Source: Limisphaerales bacterium (lineage in GTDB: Bacteria > Verrucomicrobiota > Verrucomicrobiia > Limisphaerales > SIBE01). From it: DNA of 64,000 nucleotides. Positions 39,440 through 49,392 of the stretch are shown here, piece after piece (the first letter of the stretch is position 1; each line of letters starts with the position of its first letter). The stretch spans positions 1 to 64,000 of the forward strand of contig JBGAIN010000028.1 of NCBI GenBank assembly GCA_044225505.1, read 5' to 3'. The position numbers and the translations under genes were made by a program. Below the pieces are notes generated by a model. It was given only the letters and a program-made list of their open reading frames with translations, did no database searches and had not been told where the DNA came from.

Positions 39440-41017
39440 ATGAGAGACGTAATTTTGCGGCTGGTGAACCGAAATGGCTCACGGAGCGGGGCTTTGCCGA
39501 TGACAGTATTGCTTTGCAGCGCAACGCTTGGAGTCGCGGCGCCGAGTGTTGTGACGCCGTCGCCGGAGAAACCCGCTGCGGAAGTTCGAGAGTTGTCGAT
39601 TGACGAGTGCCTCAATCTCGCGATGGAGAACAATCGGCGTCGACCGGCATCGAAATTCGCGGTGGCGGTGGCCGAGGCTCAGCATCGCCAAGCTTTGGCC
39701 GGGTACTGGCCGCAGTTAGGGCTTAAAGGGGCCTATCAACGGATGGACGAAGCGCCGAACTTCGTCTTCCCGGCCGGACGGATGTATGTTCCCCCACAAT
39801 CCATCGGCATTCCCAGCGGGACAGCTGTCATCACCGTCCCAGCGGGCGTCCTGGGCCCGAGCGCCGTTCAGCTTCCGGTCACCACTCCAGCGCAGACCAT
39901 CGACGTGCCAGGTCAGCAATTCCCCATTCCAGCGCAGGATGTTAAGCTGATGGATCCGGACTCATTGATGGGATCGTTGCAAGCGACGTGGCTGATTTAC
40001 GACGGTGGAATGCGGAAGGGGTATCGCGAGCAGTCGCGAGGGCTGGTGGACATGATGAAAGAAGAAGCCAGGCGCACGGATCTGGAGATTCACGATAGTG
40101 TCCGTCGCCTGTATTTCGGTGCGGTCCTAGCACGGCTTTTGCATCAAGTGGGCGAGGACACCCTGGCCCGTATGGAGGCAACACTGAGTCTCACCGAGAC
40201 GATGTATAAAGACGGTTCGGGAAAGGTGAAGAAGACGGATTTCCTGGAGAACAAAGTGATGGTGGAGTCGTTGCGGTCGATGGTGGCTCTCCTGGAGAAG
40301 AATCAGGCTATGGCCCAAGCCGCCCTCGCGAATACGATCGGCTTACCTTGGAATGCAAGCATCTTCCCGAAAGACCGTGCCCTTCCCTTTGCGCCCTACA
40401 TCGACAACTTGGACAATCTGGTCAGCACCGCGTATCAGTTCAGCCCGGATTGGGCGAAAGTAGAGGCGGGGTTGCGAGCGGCAGCTGGCGCCATTCGTAC
40501 GGCCAAGAGCGGACATTTCCCAAAGGTAGCGCTGACTGGCGAACTCCATCGCTGGTGGAACGATTACAGCGATTACAGCGCCGGATTAGCCTCCGACCGA
40601 AACAAGGAAGGGTGGACGGTCGGCGTAGGCGTGGAGATACCAGTCTTCAGCGGGTTTCTCACCCAGAACAAGATCGCCGAAGCCCAAGCGCAGGTTGCCA
40701 AGATCAAACAGGAACAACTACTTCTGAAAGAAGGAATTGGACTCCAGATCAAAGACGTGTTTCTCGGGTTGAATGCGGCTCAGAAGGCACACCACGCGAC
40801 GCTCGAAGCGATGACGGCATCAACGGAGAATCGGGATCTTAACACCCGAGCCTATCAAAACGACTTGGTGGAGACGGAAAAGGTTATTCGAGCTCAACTG
40901 ATGGAAGCGCTCATGGCCGCGCAGCATTACAAGGCCAGTTACGATCACATCGCTCTGCAATCGCAGCTGAACTTGTTGGTCGGGACCGAGCTCCTCAAAA
41001 AGCTCGAAGCCAAATGA
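39440..41017 (+). CDS. TolC family outer membrane protein
   Basis: LSIDECLNLAMENN, ALAGYWPQLGL, WLIYDGG, AKSGHFPKVAL, VGVEIPVFSGF, two OEP repeats. Confidence 0.92.
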   Translation: MRDVILRLVNRNGSRSGALPMTVLLCSATLGVAAPSVVTPSPEKPAAEVRELSIDECLNLAMENNRRRPASKFAVAVAEAQHRQALAGYWPQLGLKGAYQRMDEAPNFVFPAGRMYVPPQSIGIPSGTAVITVPAGVLGPSAVQLPVTTPAQTIDVPGQQFPIPAQDVKLMDPDSLMGSLQATWLIYDGGMRKGYREQSRGLVDMMKEEARRTDLEIHDSVRRLYFGAVLARLLHQVGEDTLARMEATLSLTETMYKDGSGKVKKTDFLENKVMVESLRSMVALLEKNQAMAQAALANTIGLPWNASIFPKDRALPFAPYIDNLDNLVSTAYQFSPDWAKVEAGLRAAAGAIRTAKSGHFPKVALTGELHRWWNDYSDYSAGLASDRNKEGWTVGVGVEIPVFSGFLTQNKIAEAQAQVAKIKQEQLLLKEGIGLQIKDVFLGLNAAQKAHHATLEAMTASTENRDLNTRAYQNDLVETEKVIRAQLMEALMAAQHYKASYDHIALQSQLNLLVGTELLKKLEAK

Positions 41018-42171
41018 GCTCAGAATCTATTCCTCAAGTAGCTATTGCGAGGGATCGGTGGTCTCGAGGTAGCCCCCCATCGGAAGTGCGCGTTTGGCTG
41101 CGGAAGCATGGTCGGAACTTCGCGTCGGACGCCGGCGGCCAGACGGCCGGTGAGTGGACGCCTATCATCCCGTCACGGCGGCACGCAGGACTCGATGGCT
41201 GGCTCATCTGCCTTTGCATGGCATGCCAACTGTTCAGCCATACCGCCACCGCAGCGCCGGGTAGTCCTCACGAAGCTTCGGATGCAGTGCCATTCCGTAT
41301 TGGCTTTTCCAGCGCCATGTTCACGGAAGTCAATGTAAACGACGCCAAAGCCGCGATCAAAGCTTGGGGACAAACCATCGCCCGAGAACGAGGAATCCGA
41401 AACGATCCTGAACCGAGAATTCTGAAGAACGTGGCCGATTTGGTCGACGCACTGCGCGCTCGGGCTGTGGACGCAGTCAGCGTCACGACCTGTGAGTATG
41501 CAGCCGCTCGAGAAGTGGCCGAATTCGGTGAATGTTTCATTTCCAGAGTCAATGGCGAACTAGAAGACCGGTATGTCGTTTTGGTCCATCAGCAGAGCGA
41601 GATCCAGACGATTAAGGATTTGAGGGGCAGGACGTTTTCGATTCACCTCAACCCACGATTGAGTCTGGCGGTGCCGTGGCTCGACGTTCTACTGGCGGAA
41701 AAAGGCGAAGGCGCCCTGTCGGGCTTTGTTGGACAGATCACAACCCAGAGCAAACTCGCCCGAGTTGTTCTGCCAGTCTTCTTCCGCCAGATCGACGCAT
41801 GCATCGTGACGCTCAGCGGATTCAAGACCATGCAAGAACTCAACCCTCAGTTGGGAAAACAACTCCGAATCCTCGCGACATCGGCTGGCTATGTCCCGGT
41901 CGTGTTCGCCTTCCGTGCCGATGTTCGGTCCGCGGCCAAGGATATCCTGGTCGCAGGCGTTCGCGACCTTCACAAAACGCCGGCCGGCAAACAAGTCCTG
42001 ACGATCTTCCACAGTGATGCGATCGAGTGTCATCCCGTCTCATGTCTTGAGAGTGCTCTCGAGCTGCTTGCAGAGCACGAGCGTCTTTTTCCTGGGAAAC
42101 AACTCGTTGACTCGGTGCCAGGTGAGGCCAATCGAATGGCCCTTGAGCTGAACTTGGGAGGACCGCAATGA
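41014..42171 (+). CDS. PhnD/SsuA-like periplasmic substrate-binding protein 1
   Basis: FRIGFS, NDAKAAIKAW, VVLVH..S.I..IKDLRGR, VLPVFFRQIDACIV, ELNPQLGKQLRIL, LHKTPAGKQVLTIF. Confidence 0.85.
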   Translation: MSSESIPQVAIARDRWSRGSPPSEVRVWLRKHGRNFASDAGGQTAGEWTPIIPSRRHAGLDGWLICLCMACQLFSHTATAAPGSPHEASDAVPFRIGFSSAMFTEVNVNDAKAAIKAWGQTIARERGIRNDPEPRILKNVADLVDALRARAVDAVSVTTCEYAAAREVAEFGECFISRVNGELEDRYVVLVHQQSEIQTIKDLRGRTFSIHLNPRLSLAVPWLDVLLAEKGEGALSGFVGQITTQSKLARVVLPVFFRQIDACIVTLSGFKTMQELNPQLGKQLRILATSAGYVPVVFAFRADVRSAAKDILVAGVRDLHKTPAGKQVLTIFHSDAIECHPVSCLESALELLAEHERLFPGKQLVDSVPGEANRMALELNLGGPQ

Positions 42172-43202
42172 CTGTGGTCACGCAACCGAATATAGGCGCA
42201 TGTCCGGCCGGAACCTCGAGCGTGCGAAACGGGCCACGCCCATACCGGTCACTTTTCGGGACGACGAATCACCATTGGCTGACGCGGTCTTGTTTGATCT
42301 TGCTCTTCGTCTACTGCGCCTGCAGTAACGCTGCGACGAACGACTTTCGCATCGGGATCTCCTATTCTAGCTTTGGGACGGTCAGTCGCAATGATGCGAG
42401 CGCTGCTCTCAAAGCGTGGGCAGTCACCGTTGCTCGCGAACGGAAACTGGGGTTGAAAATCCAGGTTGAAGTGTTCGAGCACGAAAGCGAGCTCCGCCAC
42501 GAACTGGAAACCGCCGGACTGGATGCCGCGTCAATGACCGCAGAGGAGTTTATCGATTCCGGATTCGCGCCGGATTACCTGTTCGTTACGGCCAAGTCGT
42601 CAGGATTCGGAGAACGCTTCGCTGTAGTCGTCCACCGCAGTTCTGCCATCAGTGATTTGGCCGGTCTGCGAGGGCGCAAACTCGCCCGGCATCAGAGCCC
42701 GGCAACCAGCCCAGCTTTAACCTGGCTGGGCGTCCAGCTGGCCAAGGAAGGCTTTGAGCGGCCGGACCGATACTTTCGTGAAGTCGTTTCGCTGGAAAGT
42801 CCATCGAAATCCGTTCTCCAGGTCTTCTTTCATCAGTCTGACGCTTGCCTGGTGACAACCTCTGCATTAGCGGTTGCCTGCGAGCTCAATCCTCAACTGG
42901 CGCGAGATCTCAAAACCATTGCCGTTTCGCCGCTCATGATCCCTTCTGTTTTCTTCCTCAACCCGAACAACACATCATCGGCTCAAAAGGATATCGAAGC
43001 GGCACTCTTGGATGTGCATAGCACTCCCTCGGGACAACAGGTCTTGACCGTGTTCCAAGGTTCCCACATAGAGCGGCATCCTCTTGCGGACTTCGCTGCT
43101 ACAAAGGAACTTCTTCGACCCAAGACCGAGCTCGACGGAAATGCGACAGCGGCAGCGGAAGGACACCCTCAAGCCTTATCACTACCTGAGGTTAGACGAT
43201 GA
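42168..43202 (+). CDS. PhnD/SsuA-like periplasmic substrate-binding protein 2 (paralog of the upstream gene)
   Basis: FRIGIS, NDASAALKAW, VVVHRSS.I.DLAGLRGR, VLQVFFHQSDACLV, ELNPQLARDL, VHSTPSGQQVLTVF. Confidence 0.85.
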   Translation: MTVVTQPNIGACPAGTSSVRNGPRPYRSLFGTTNHHWLTRSCLILLFVYCACSNAATNDFRIGISYSSFGTVSRNDASAALKAWAVTVARERKLGLKIQVEVFEHESELRHELETAGLDAASMTAEEFIDSGFAPDYLFVTAKSSGFGERFAVVVHRSSAISDLAGLRGRKLARHQSPATSPALTWLGVQLAKEGFERPDRYFREVVSLESPSKSVLQVFFHQSDACLVTTSALAVACELNPQLARDLKTIAVSPLMIPSVFFLNPNNTSSAQKDIEAALLDVHSTPSGQQVLTVFQGSHIERHPLADFAATKELLRPKTELDGNATAAAEGHPQALSLPEVRR

Positions 43203-45532
43203 AGTCACAAGTCGTAGCTGCCAGTGCCGTTGATGACTGCTCCGAGCGGAAGGGGCAGCTTGAGGATAGGCACGCCAGCTCTAGCGACTATCTCGGGCGC
43301 GGTCTCGTGCATGGGACGCCGACCATTCTTGGCCGTCAACGAGGCATCACGTTTCGGACCGCGCTCCTGACCTGGATTGTCACGGGCGTCACCTTGCTCA
43401 TCTTTGTGATCGGGATCATCCCTCAACAAAAACGATCGTTTGAGGAGAACCTACGGTCCAAGGCAATAGGAATCGCGGTCTCGTTGCGGGACGTCGCGGC
43501 TGGCGCCACGATCACGGAAGACTACAGCAGCGTTGTCGATCATTGCGTGCAGATTCTGGATGGCGACGAGTCCATTGACTACCTCGTTATCACGCGCAGT
43601 GACGGCGATTCGCAGATCTTCCAACGTCAAAAACCCCGTTGGCGGACCGACAAGTTGGACGCCACCTGGCGGCCAGAACGCCGAGAGCGCTCCAGTGGTA
43701 TTGGAACGGTCCCGCTCTTCCATCGCCGAGCTTTCCAGTTCTCGCAGCCGTTCGACTATTCCGGGATTCAGTGGGGTTGGATTCACGTCGGGCTCTCACT
43801 TAACACTTACGATCGAAGTGTTGCCAATGTTTACTGGCGAACAAGCATCCTGGCACTTTTCTGTCTTATCTTCGGCTTGGCTGCCTCTGTCATCCATGCC
43901 AAGCACTTAGTAAAACCGATTCTCTGTCTCCAAAGCGTCGTTCGACGCGTGGCCGATGGTGACCTTTCGGTCCGTGCTCAAGCCAATCGGAGCGACGAGT
44001 TGGGGACCCTTGCGCGATCGGTTAATTCCATGAGCGAAGCGCTTCTGCGCAGAGATCGAATCCTCCAAAGCGTCCGGTTTGCGGCACAAGAATTCCTGAG
44101 CACACCAGACTGGAAGCAAGTTATCCAAGAAGTCTTGGCCCGCATTGGTGTGGCAGCTGAAGTCAGCAGGCTTCGCGTCTTTCAGAACGGGCTAAGCGCC
44201 AACGAGGAGCGCATTTCTTCACTTCGATATACATGGGTCGCCCCAGGAGTCGATCCGGACGTCGGAACCACGGATGACCGACAGTTAATATTGCAGGAGG
44301 CAGATTTCGAGCCCTGGGCTCGGCGCCTCCAGCACCGCCAGTTGCTAGCAGTCAATCTGAGCGAACTGGACGCGAAGCAGCAAGCGACATTTAAGGCTTT
44401 TGGGTTCAAGTCGCTTCTTATGATTCCCATCATGGTCGAGAAAACGTGGTGGGGATTTCTCAGTTTGAGCGACTGCGGCCAAGAGCGGCAGTGGATGGAC
44501 GCGGAATGTGACAGTCTGCGGGCGGTGGCCGAGATGCTCGGTGCGGCCATCGAACGGCAGCGCACGCAGGACGCGATCGTCGAGGCCAAGGAAACGTTGG
44601 AACTACGCGTCCAGCAGCGGACGCGAGAATTGCAGGAACTGGTCGCCGCCAAAGAGCGCGCGCATATGGAGTTGGCGGAAGCCCAAACTCGGCTTCTGCA
44701 GACCTCTCGCCAGGCGGGTATGGCGGAAGTCGCGACGGGCGTTTTGCACAACGTTGGCAACGTTCTGAATAGCATCAATGTCTCAGCCACCCTGGTCCGA
44801 GATCGGTTGCGCAAGTCTGAGATCACTAGCTTGTGTAAAGTCACCAAACTGATCCGGCAGAATGATGCGAACCTTGGCGCCTTCCTCACCGCTGATCCAA
44901 AGGGAAAACTCATCCCGGCGTTTCTTTCGGATTTAGGAGAAGCGTTGCAGCGAGAGCACCTGGCCATGGCTCAGGAACATGAGCAACTCTCCCGGAACAT
45001 TGAGCATGTGAAGGAGATCGTCGCCACCCAGCAAAGCTACGCGCGCGTCTCCGGGCTCATGGAGCAGGTCACCGTGAGCGAATTGGTAGACGACGCAATT
45101 CGGATGAACCAGGCCGGGTTGACCCGCCACGGAATCCATATCGAACGATGCTTCACACCGGTTCCGATGGTAACCATCGACAAACACAAGCTGCTGCAAA
45201 TTCTCGTCAACTTAATTCACAATGCGAAGTACGCGCTTGACGCTGGCTCCGCTCCGCATAAGCAGGTCACGATCGAAGTTGCACCCTGCCCTGACGACGG
45301 ATTCAAAATCGTTGTCAGCGACAACGGAGTGGGCATCGCCCCGGAGAATTTGACTCGCATCTTTTCGCACGGTTTCACCACCCGCAAGGATGGTCACGGG
45401 TTTGGACTTCACAGCGGCGCCAACGCCGCCAAAGAAATGGGTGGATCACTGCTGGTTTCGAGCGAAGGGCTGGGCCATGGGGCGACTTTTACACTGCAGC
45501 TTCCGATTATTCAACAGAAGGCCAGACGATGA
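43199..45532 (+). CDS. Membrane sensor histidine kinase (TM-periplasmic sensor-TM-HAMP-GAF-HisKA-HATPase)
   Basis: Two TM helices, HAMP (RSDELGTLARSVNSM), GAF (LLMIPI..WWGFL), H-box ATGVLHNVGNVLN, NLIHNA, DNGVG, FTT, GHGFGL. Confidence 0.95.
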   Translation: MKSQVVAASAVDDCSERKGQLEDRHASSSDYLGRGLVHGTPTILGRQRGITFRTALLTWIVTGVTLLIFVIGIIPQQKRSFEENLRSKAIGIAVSLRDVAAGATITEDYSSVVDHCVQILDGDESIDYLVITRSDGDSQIFQRQKPRWRTDKLDATWRPERRERSSGIGTVPLFHRRAFQFSQPFDYSGIQWGWIHVGLSLNTYDRSVANVYWRTSILALFCLIFGLAASVIHAKHLVKPILCLQSVVRRVADGDLSVRAQANRSDELGTLARSVNSMSEALLRRDRILQSVRFAAQEFLSTPDWKQVIQEVLARIGVAAEVSRLRVFQNGLSANEERISSLRYTWVAPGVDPDVGTTDDRQLILQEADFEPWARRLQHRQLLAVNLSELDAKQQATFKAFGFKSLLMIPIMVEKTWWGFLSLSDCGQERQWMDAECDSLRAVAEMLGAAIERQRTQDAIVEAKETLELRVQQRTRELQELVAAKERAHMELAEAQTRLLQTSRQAGMAEVATGVLHNVGNVLNSINVSATLVRDRLRKSEITSLCKVTKLIRQNDANLGAFLTADPKGKLIPAFLSDLGEALQREHLAMAQEHEQLSRNIEHVKEIVATQQSYARVSGLMEQVTVSELVDDAIRMNQAGLTRHGIHIERCFTPVPMVTIDKHKLLQILVNLIHNAKYALDAGSAPHKQVTIEVAPCPDDGFKIVVSDNGVGIAPENLTRIFSHGFTTRKDGHGFGLHSGANAAKEMGGSLLVSSEGLGHGATFTLQLPIIQQKARR

Positions 45533-47730
45533 GTGTTTCTTCAGAGGTCAAAAACAATCGCATTCTCGTCGTCGACGACAACCCTTCGATTCACGACGAT
45601 ATCCGGAAAATCCTCTGCGGGAGCGACAGGGATGACCGGGCACTGCTCGACGCGAAAGCCCTGCTCTTTGAGGAACCTTCGGAAGAGGTGGAGGAAATGG
45701 TGTTCGAAGTCGATTCGGCGCTTCAGGGGCAGGACGGTCTGGCCAAGGTCGCGGAAGCCTCCTCCGCCGGTCGTTCCTATGCTGTTGCGTTCGTGGACGT
45801 GCGCATGCCACCGGGCTGGGATGGGGTCGAGACAGTCACTCGCATCTGGCAACAGTTTCCAGATTTGCAGGTCGTGATCATGACGGCCTACGCCGACTAT
45901 TCATGGGCCGAGATGATCAAGCAGTTAGGTCGATCCGATAAGCTCGTGATTCTCAAGAAGCCCTTTGACACCATCGAAGTCCTGCAACTGGCAGATGCGC
46001 TTACCCACAAATGGATGCTCAATCAGGAAGTCAAACACCGACTCCTGAATCTCGATGTACTAGTTAACGAACGAACGGCAGAACTCCGCGATGCGAATGA
46101 GAAGCTGAAAGCGGAGATTGCAGAACGCATGCAGATTGAAAGGTCCTTGCGGCTTTCGGAAGAGCGGTTCTCGAAGGCTTTTAAAGCCAGCCCGATTCCC
46201 TTGGCGATCCAGTCTCTCTTGCAGGAAAAGTTTCTCGATATCAACGAAGGATTCCAGGAACTCACTGGTTACGCACGAGCCGATTTGATTGGAAGTTCTC
46301 CGGACGAATTACGCCTTTGGGGAGACGAGGGCGGCGGCAAGGCCATTCTTAAAATCCTGCACGAACAAATGTCCGTCCGCCACTTAGCGTGCAGTCTTCG
46401 TACCAAACAGGGTGAACTTCGTCACATCTTGATCTCGGTGGAACTGTTCGAGTTAGATGGGCAGCCATTTTTGCTCAATATCGCCCAGGACATCTCGGAG
46501 CAGATGCGTCTGGAGCAACAGCTTCGCCAAGCCCAAAAAATGGAGGCCGTTGGGCAACTGGCCGCGGGCGTCGCGCATGACTTCAATAACATATTGACTG
46601 TCGTTCAGGGATATACGGGATTGCTCTATGACCGGCAACCCCCGGGGTCACCGGATGCCAAGGCGCTTCGTACGATTGCCGGTGCCGCTGACCGCGCGAC
46701 CAAATTGGTTCGCCAACTGTTGACGTTTAGCCGGAAACAGTTCATGCAGGTCCAGCCCATGCTGATTGGTGACACCCTCTCCGGCATGGCGGATATGCTG
46801 CCGCGACTCGTCGGCGAGAACATTTCCGTTCAGGTGATCGTCGCGCCGGACTTGCCTTTAATCAACGCCGATGCCGGAATGGTGGAACAGTTGATCATGA
46901 ACTTGGCGGTCAACGCTCGCGACGCCATGCTATCGAGCGGCACACTGACGATTAGAGCCGACGCCGTCGACATCAGTCCAGCCGCCCTCCGAAAGAACCC
47001 GGAAGCTCGCCCAGGTCGCTTCGTCTGCATTAGCGTTGCCGACACCGGCTGCGGAATCGCGCCGGATGTCCTACCTCGAATCTTCGAACCCTTCTTTACC
47101 ACCAAGGGTATCGGAAAAGGCACCGGGCTGGGCTTAGCAACGGTCTACGGTATCGTGAAACAACACAACGGTTGGATCGAGGTGGATAGCGAGGTTGGAA
47201 AGGGGTGTCGTTTTCAAGCATTTATACCGGCGGATCGACCTGTCCCGGACACACGCCAGACCTTACAACCGACCACTCTCCTCGTGGGTGGAAATGAGAC
47301 CGTGTTGGTGGTGGAGGATGAGCAGGACGTCCGCGATTTTGTTGCCGAGATCCTGAAGGTCCACGGGTATACCGTTTACACCTCGGTTTCTGGCATTGAA
47401 GCATTTCAGCAGTGGGGTCATCGGTGCCGTGAACTCGACCTGCTACTCACCGATTTAGTGATGCCAGGCGGCGTTTCCGGGCGGGAGCTCGCGGAGCGAC
47501 TTGTCCTTGCCAATGCAGATTTGAAGGTAATCTTTACCAGTGGGTATAGTCCCGGTATGGCCGGCAAGGATCTCGCGCTTCTCGACGGAAGCAACTTCTT
47601 ACCCAAACCGCACGGTCCGTCACGATTGTTGAAGATGGTTCGAGAATGCTTAGATCGGAAACATACGCAGACGGGTAAATCAACGAAGGTTTCGTCGCCC
47701 CCGTTGGAGAGTCCAGTTGCTGTCATGTAG
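45529..47730 (+). CDS. Cytoplasmic hybrid histidine kinase (REC-PAS-HisKA-HATPase-REC)
   Basis: [59 protein letters not shown]-terminal [13 protein letters not shown]. Confidence 0.96.
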   Translation: MSVSSEVKNNRILVVDDNPSIHDDIRKILCGSDRDDRALLDAKALLFEEPSEEVEEMVFEVDSALQGQDGLAKVAEASSAGRSYAVAFVDVRMPPGWDGVETVTRIWQQFPDLQVVIMTAYADYSWAEMIKQLGRSDKLVILKKPFDTIEVLQLADALTHKWMLNQEVKHRLLNLDVLVNERTAELRDANEKLKAEIAERMQIERSLRLSEERFSKAFKASPIPLAIQSLLQEKFLDINEGFQELTGYARADLIGSSPDELRLWGDEGGGKAILKILHEQMSVRHLACSLRTKQGELRHILISVELFELDGQPFLLNIAQDISEQMRLEQQLRQAQKMEAVGQLAAGVAHDFNNILTVVQGYTGLLYDRQPPGSPDAKALRTIAGAADRATKLVRQLLTFSRKQFMQVQPMLIGDTLSGMADMLPRLVGENISVQVIVAPDLPLINADAGMVEQLIMNLAVNARDAMLSSGTLTIRADAVDISPAALRKNPEARPGRFVCISVADTGCGIAPDVLPRIFEPFFTTKGIGKGTGLGLATVYGIVKQHNGWIEVDSEVGKGCRFQAFIPADRPVPDTRQTLQPTTLLVGGNETVLVVEDEQDVRDFVAEILKVHGYTVYTSVSGIEAFQQWGHRCRELDLLLTDLVMPGGVSGRELAERLVLANADLKVIFTSGYSPGMAGKDLALLDGSNFLPKPHGPSRLLKMVRECLDRKHTQTGKSTKVSSPPLESPVAVM

Positions 47731-47765
47731 AGCCGCGGGGGTCATGGGCGCTCCATGGCGATGGG

Positions 47766-49031
47766 CTAGAGATAGCTAAGCCAAACATCGTTCCTCCGCC
47801 GTTTGAAATCGGCAAACCAACGGCACGCCGGATAAAGCAGCAAAACAATGGCGACCCAGGCCAAATAGACGAACGCGAGATTCACGCCGGCATTCGCCGG
47901 CGGCTGCAATCCGCCTTTCCCGAAAGGATTGACGAATAGCCACGCCGCTGTCCCATGACGGATTAGAGCCAGCACCACTGCCGCCAAATGGATTAACGGT
48001 ATGTGCAGCAAATAGTAGAACAAAGGAACGCGGCCAAAAACGAGCAACGGGCGCAGCCACGCAGGTGTTCCTCGTTCGAGAAACGCCAAAACGATCAACG
48101 CCGGGCCAATTGTCATGAATAGGTAGTCTAACGACGGTGGGTACTTGTGAACGTCGAGGAAAGAAAGCACGGTCAGAAGCCAATTCCGCTGAACTGACCA
48201 GCGACCATTTGGCAAGTCTTGGCCTAGCTCCTGGCTCGTCGGATTCCCGTAGCCGTTCAGTCCACGCACGACCAAGAACATGACCGTCAGAGCCACTCCG
48301 GACCACCCGAGGACCCGACGCCGACGCGCTGACTCCCAGGAGAATACCGTTCCAAACCAATAGCCGCTCGCCAGCACACCGATCCATGGAATCAAGGGAT
48401 ATCCCACGGCGAACTGAAATTCTGGTGTGATCTGAAATGGCCGTGTTACGTGAAGCACTCCCCACAGTACCGCCCAAGGTCCGAAAACCTCGGGTCGGAT
48501 TGGATCGAGGAGGTTGTGGAAGGCGATCATCCCAATGCCAACCATGCCCACGACTTGCCTAGGCAAATAGACCAACCCTGCCAACACCACCATGGCCCAC
48601 CCGATCGCCCATAAGACGCCCACGCCAACGTAGCTGTAATCGAAGTTGAACTCCCATCCGACGCTGCGCACCCAGCTCAGTTCCAGAAACGCCAGCCACA
48701 GCCCGCGAGAGAACAAAAACCAAGATAACTCGCGTGTCGATCTACCGCGTAGCCCCGTCAAACAGGCGCCGATACCAGCGAGAAAGATAAAGTTGGGAGC
48801 GCAGAAATGAGTGACCCAGCGAGTCAAATAAAGGCCCAGCGTTGTCTTCTCCAAATCCAGAGGATCAAACCGAACATTGGTAAAGAAATCGCGAGTGTGA
48901 TCCAGCGCCATCAACACCATGATGACGCCGCGCAACAGATCGATCGATTCAAGCCTCGGACGCGATGGAGAACGGGAGATCGTCTCACTGGCGGGCACGT
49001 TACTGCCGGTAGGCTGTGAAAGCGCGCTCAT
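47766..49031 (-). CDS. DUF1624 / heparan-alpha-glucosaminide N-acetyltransferase-like membrane protein
   Basis: RLESIDLLRGVIMVLMALDHTRDF, TRWVTHFCAP, YPLIPW, KYPPSL, FGRVPLFYYLLH. Confidence 0.92.
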   Translation of the reverse strand: MSALSQPTGSNVPASETISRSPSRPRLESIDLLRGVIMVLMALDHTRDFFTNVRFDPLDLEKTTLGLYLTRWVTHFCAPNFIFLAGIGACLTGLRGRSTRELSWFLFSRGLWLAFLELSWVRSVGWEFNFDYSYVGVGVLWAIGWAMVVLAGLVYLPRQVVGMVGIGMIAFHNLLDPIRPEVFGPWAVLWGVLHVTRPFQITPEFQFAVGYPLIPWIGVLASGYWFGTVFSWESARRRRVLGWSGVALTVMFLVVRGLNGYGNPTSQELGQDLPNGRWSVQRNWLLTVLSFLDVHKYPPSLDYLFMTIGPALIVLAFLERGTPAWLRPLLVFGRVPLFYYLLHIPLIHLAAVVLALIRHGTAAWLFVNPFGKGGLQPPANAGVNLAFVYLAWVAIVLLLYPACRWFADFKRRRNDVWLSYL

Positions 49032-49392
49032 AATCCTGATCTGAGCCCACTTTTCCCGGCTTGCTAACGAGTCTCACCCGAAAAGCAAACGTCCAAACTG
49101 GGCGGGGATGAGTCAGCGTGAAATGGCTGGCGCTGTCAAGTTTTTGGGATGATTCAGGTTGCGCTCGCCGGAGCATCTCGACCGCGCCAGCCGCCAAAGT
49201 TGCCGCGGCGTCGAATCGTCGGCCGGAAAGTTCTTGGACAACGCCCGGAAGAGTAATCAGGCTCGTGAAATAATGCCTTTAGGGAAAGGTCCCGAGCACG
49301 CGCTCAAGCACCAAACGTCACGGGTCCAGGGAATTGCGCTTGCCGTCGTCTCATCCGGCTCGCTCGGCGGTAACTACCCAGAGAGCGCCATC

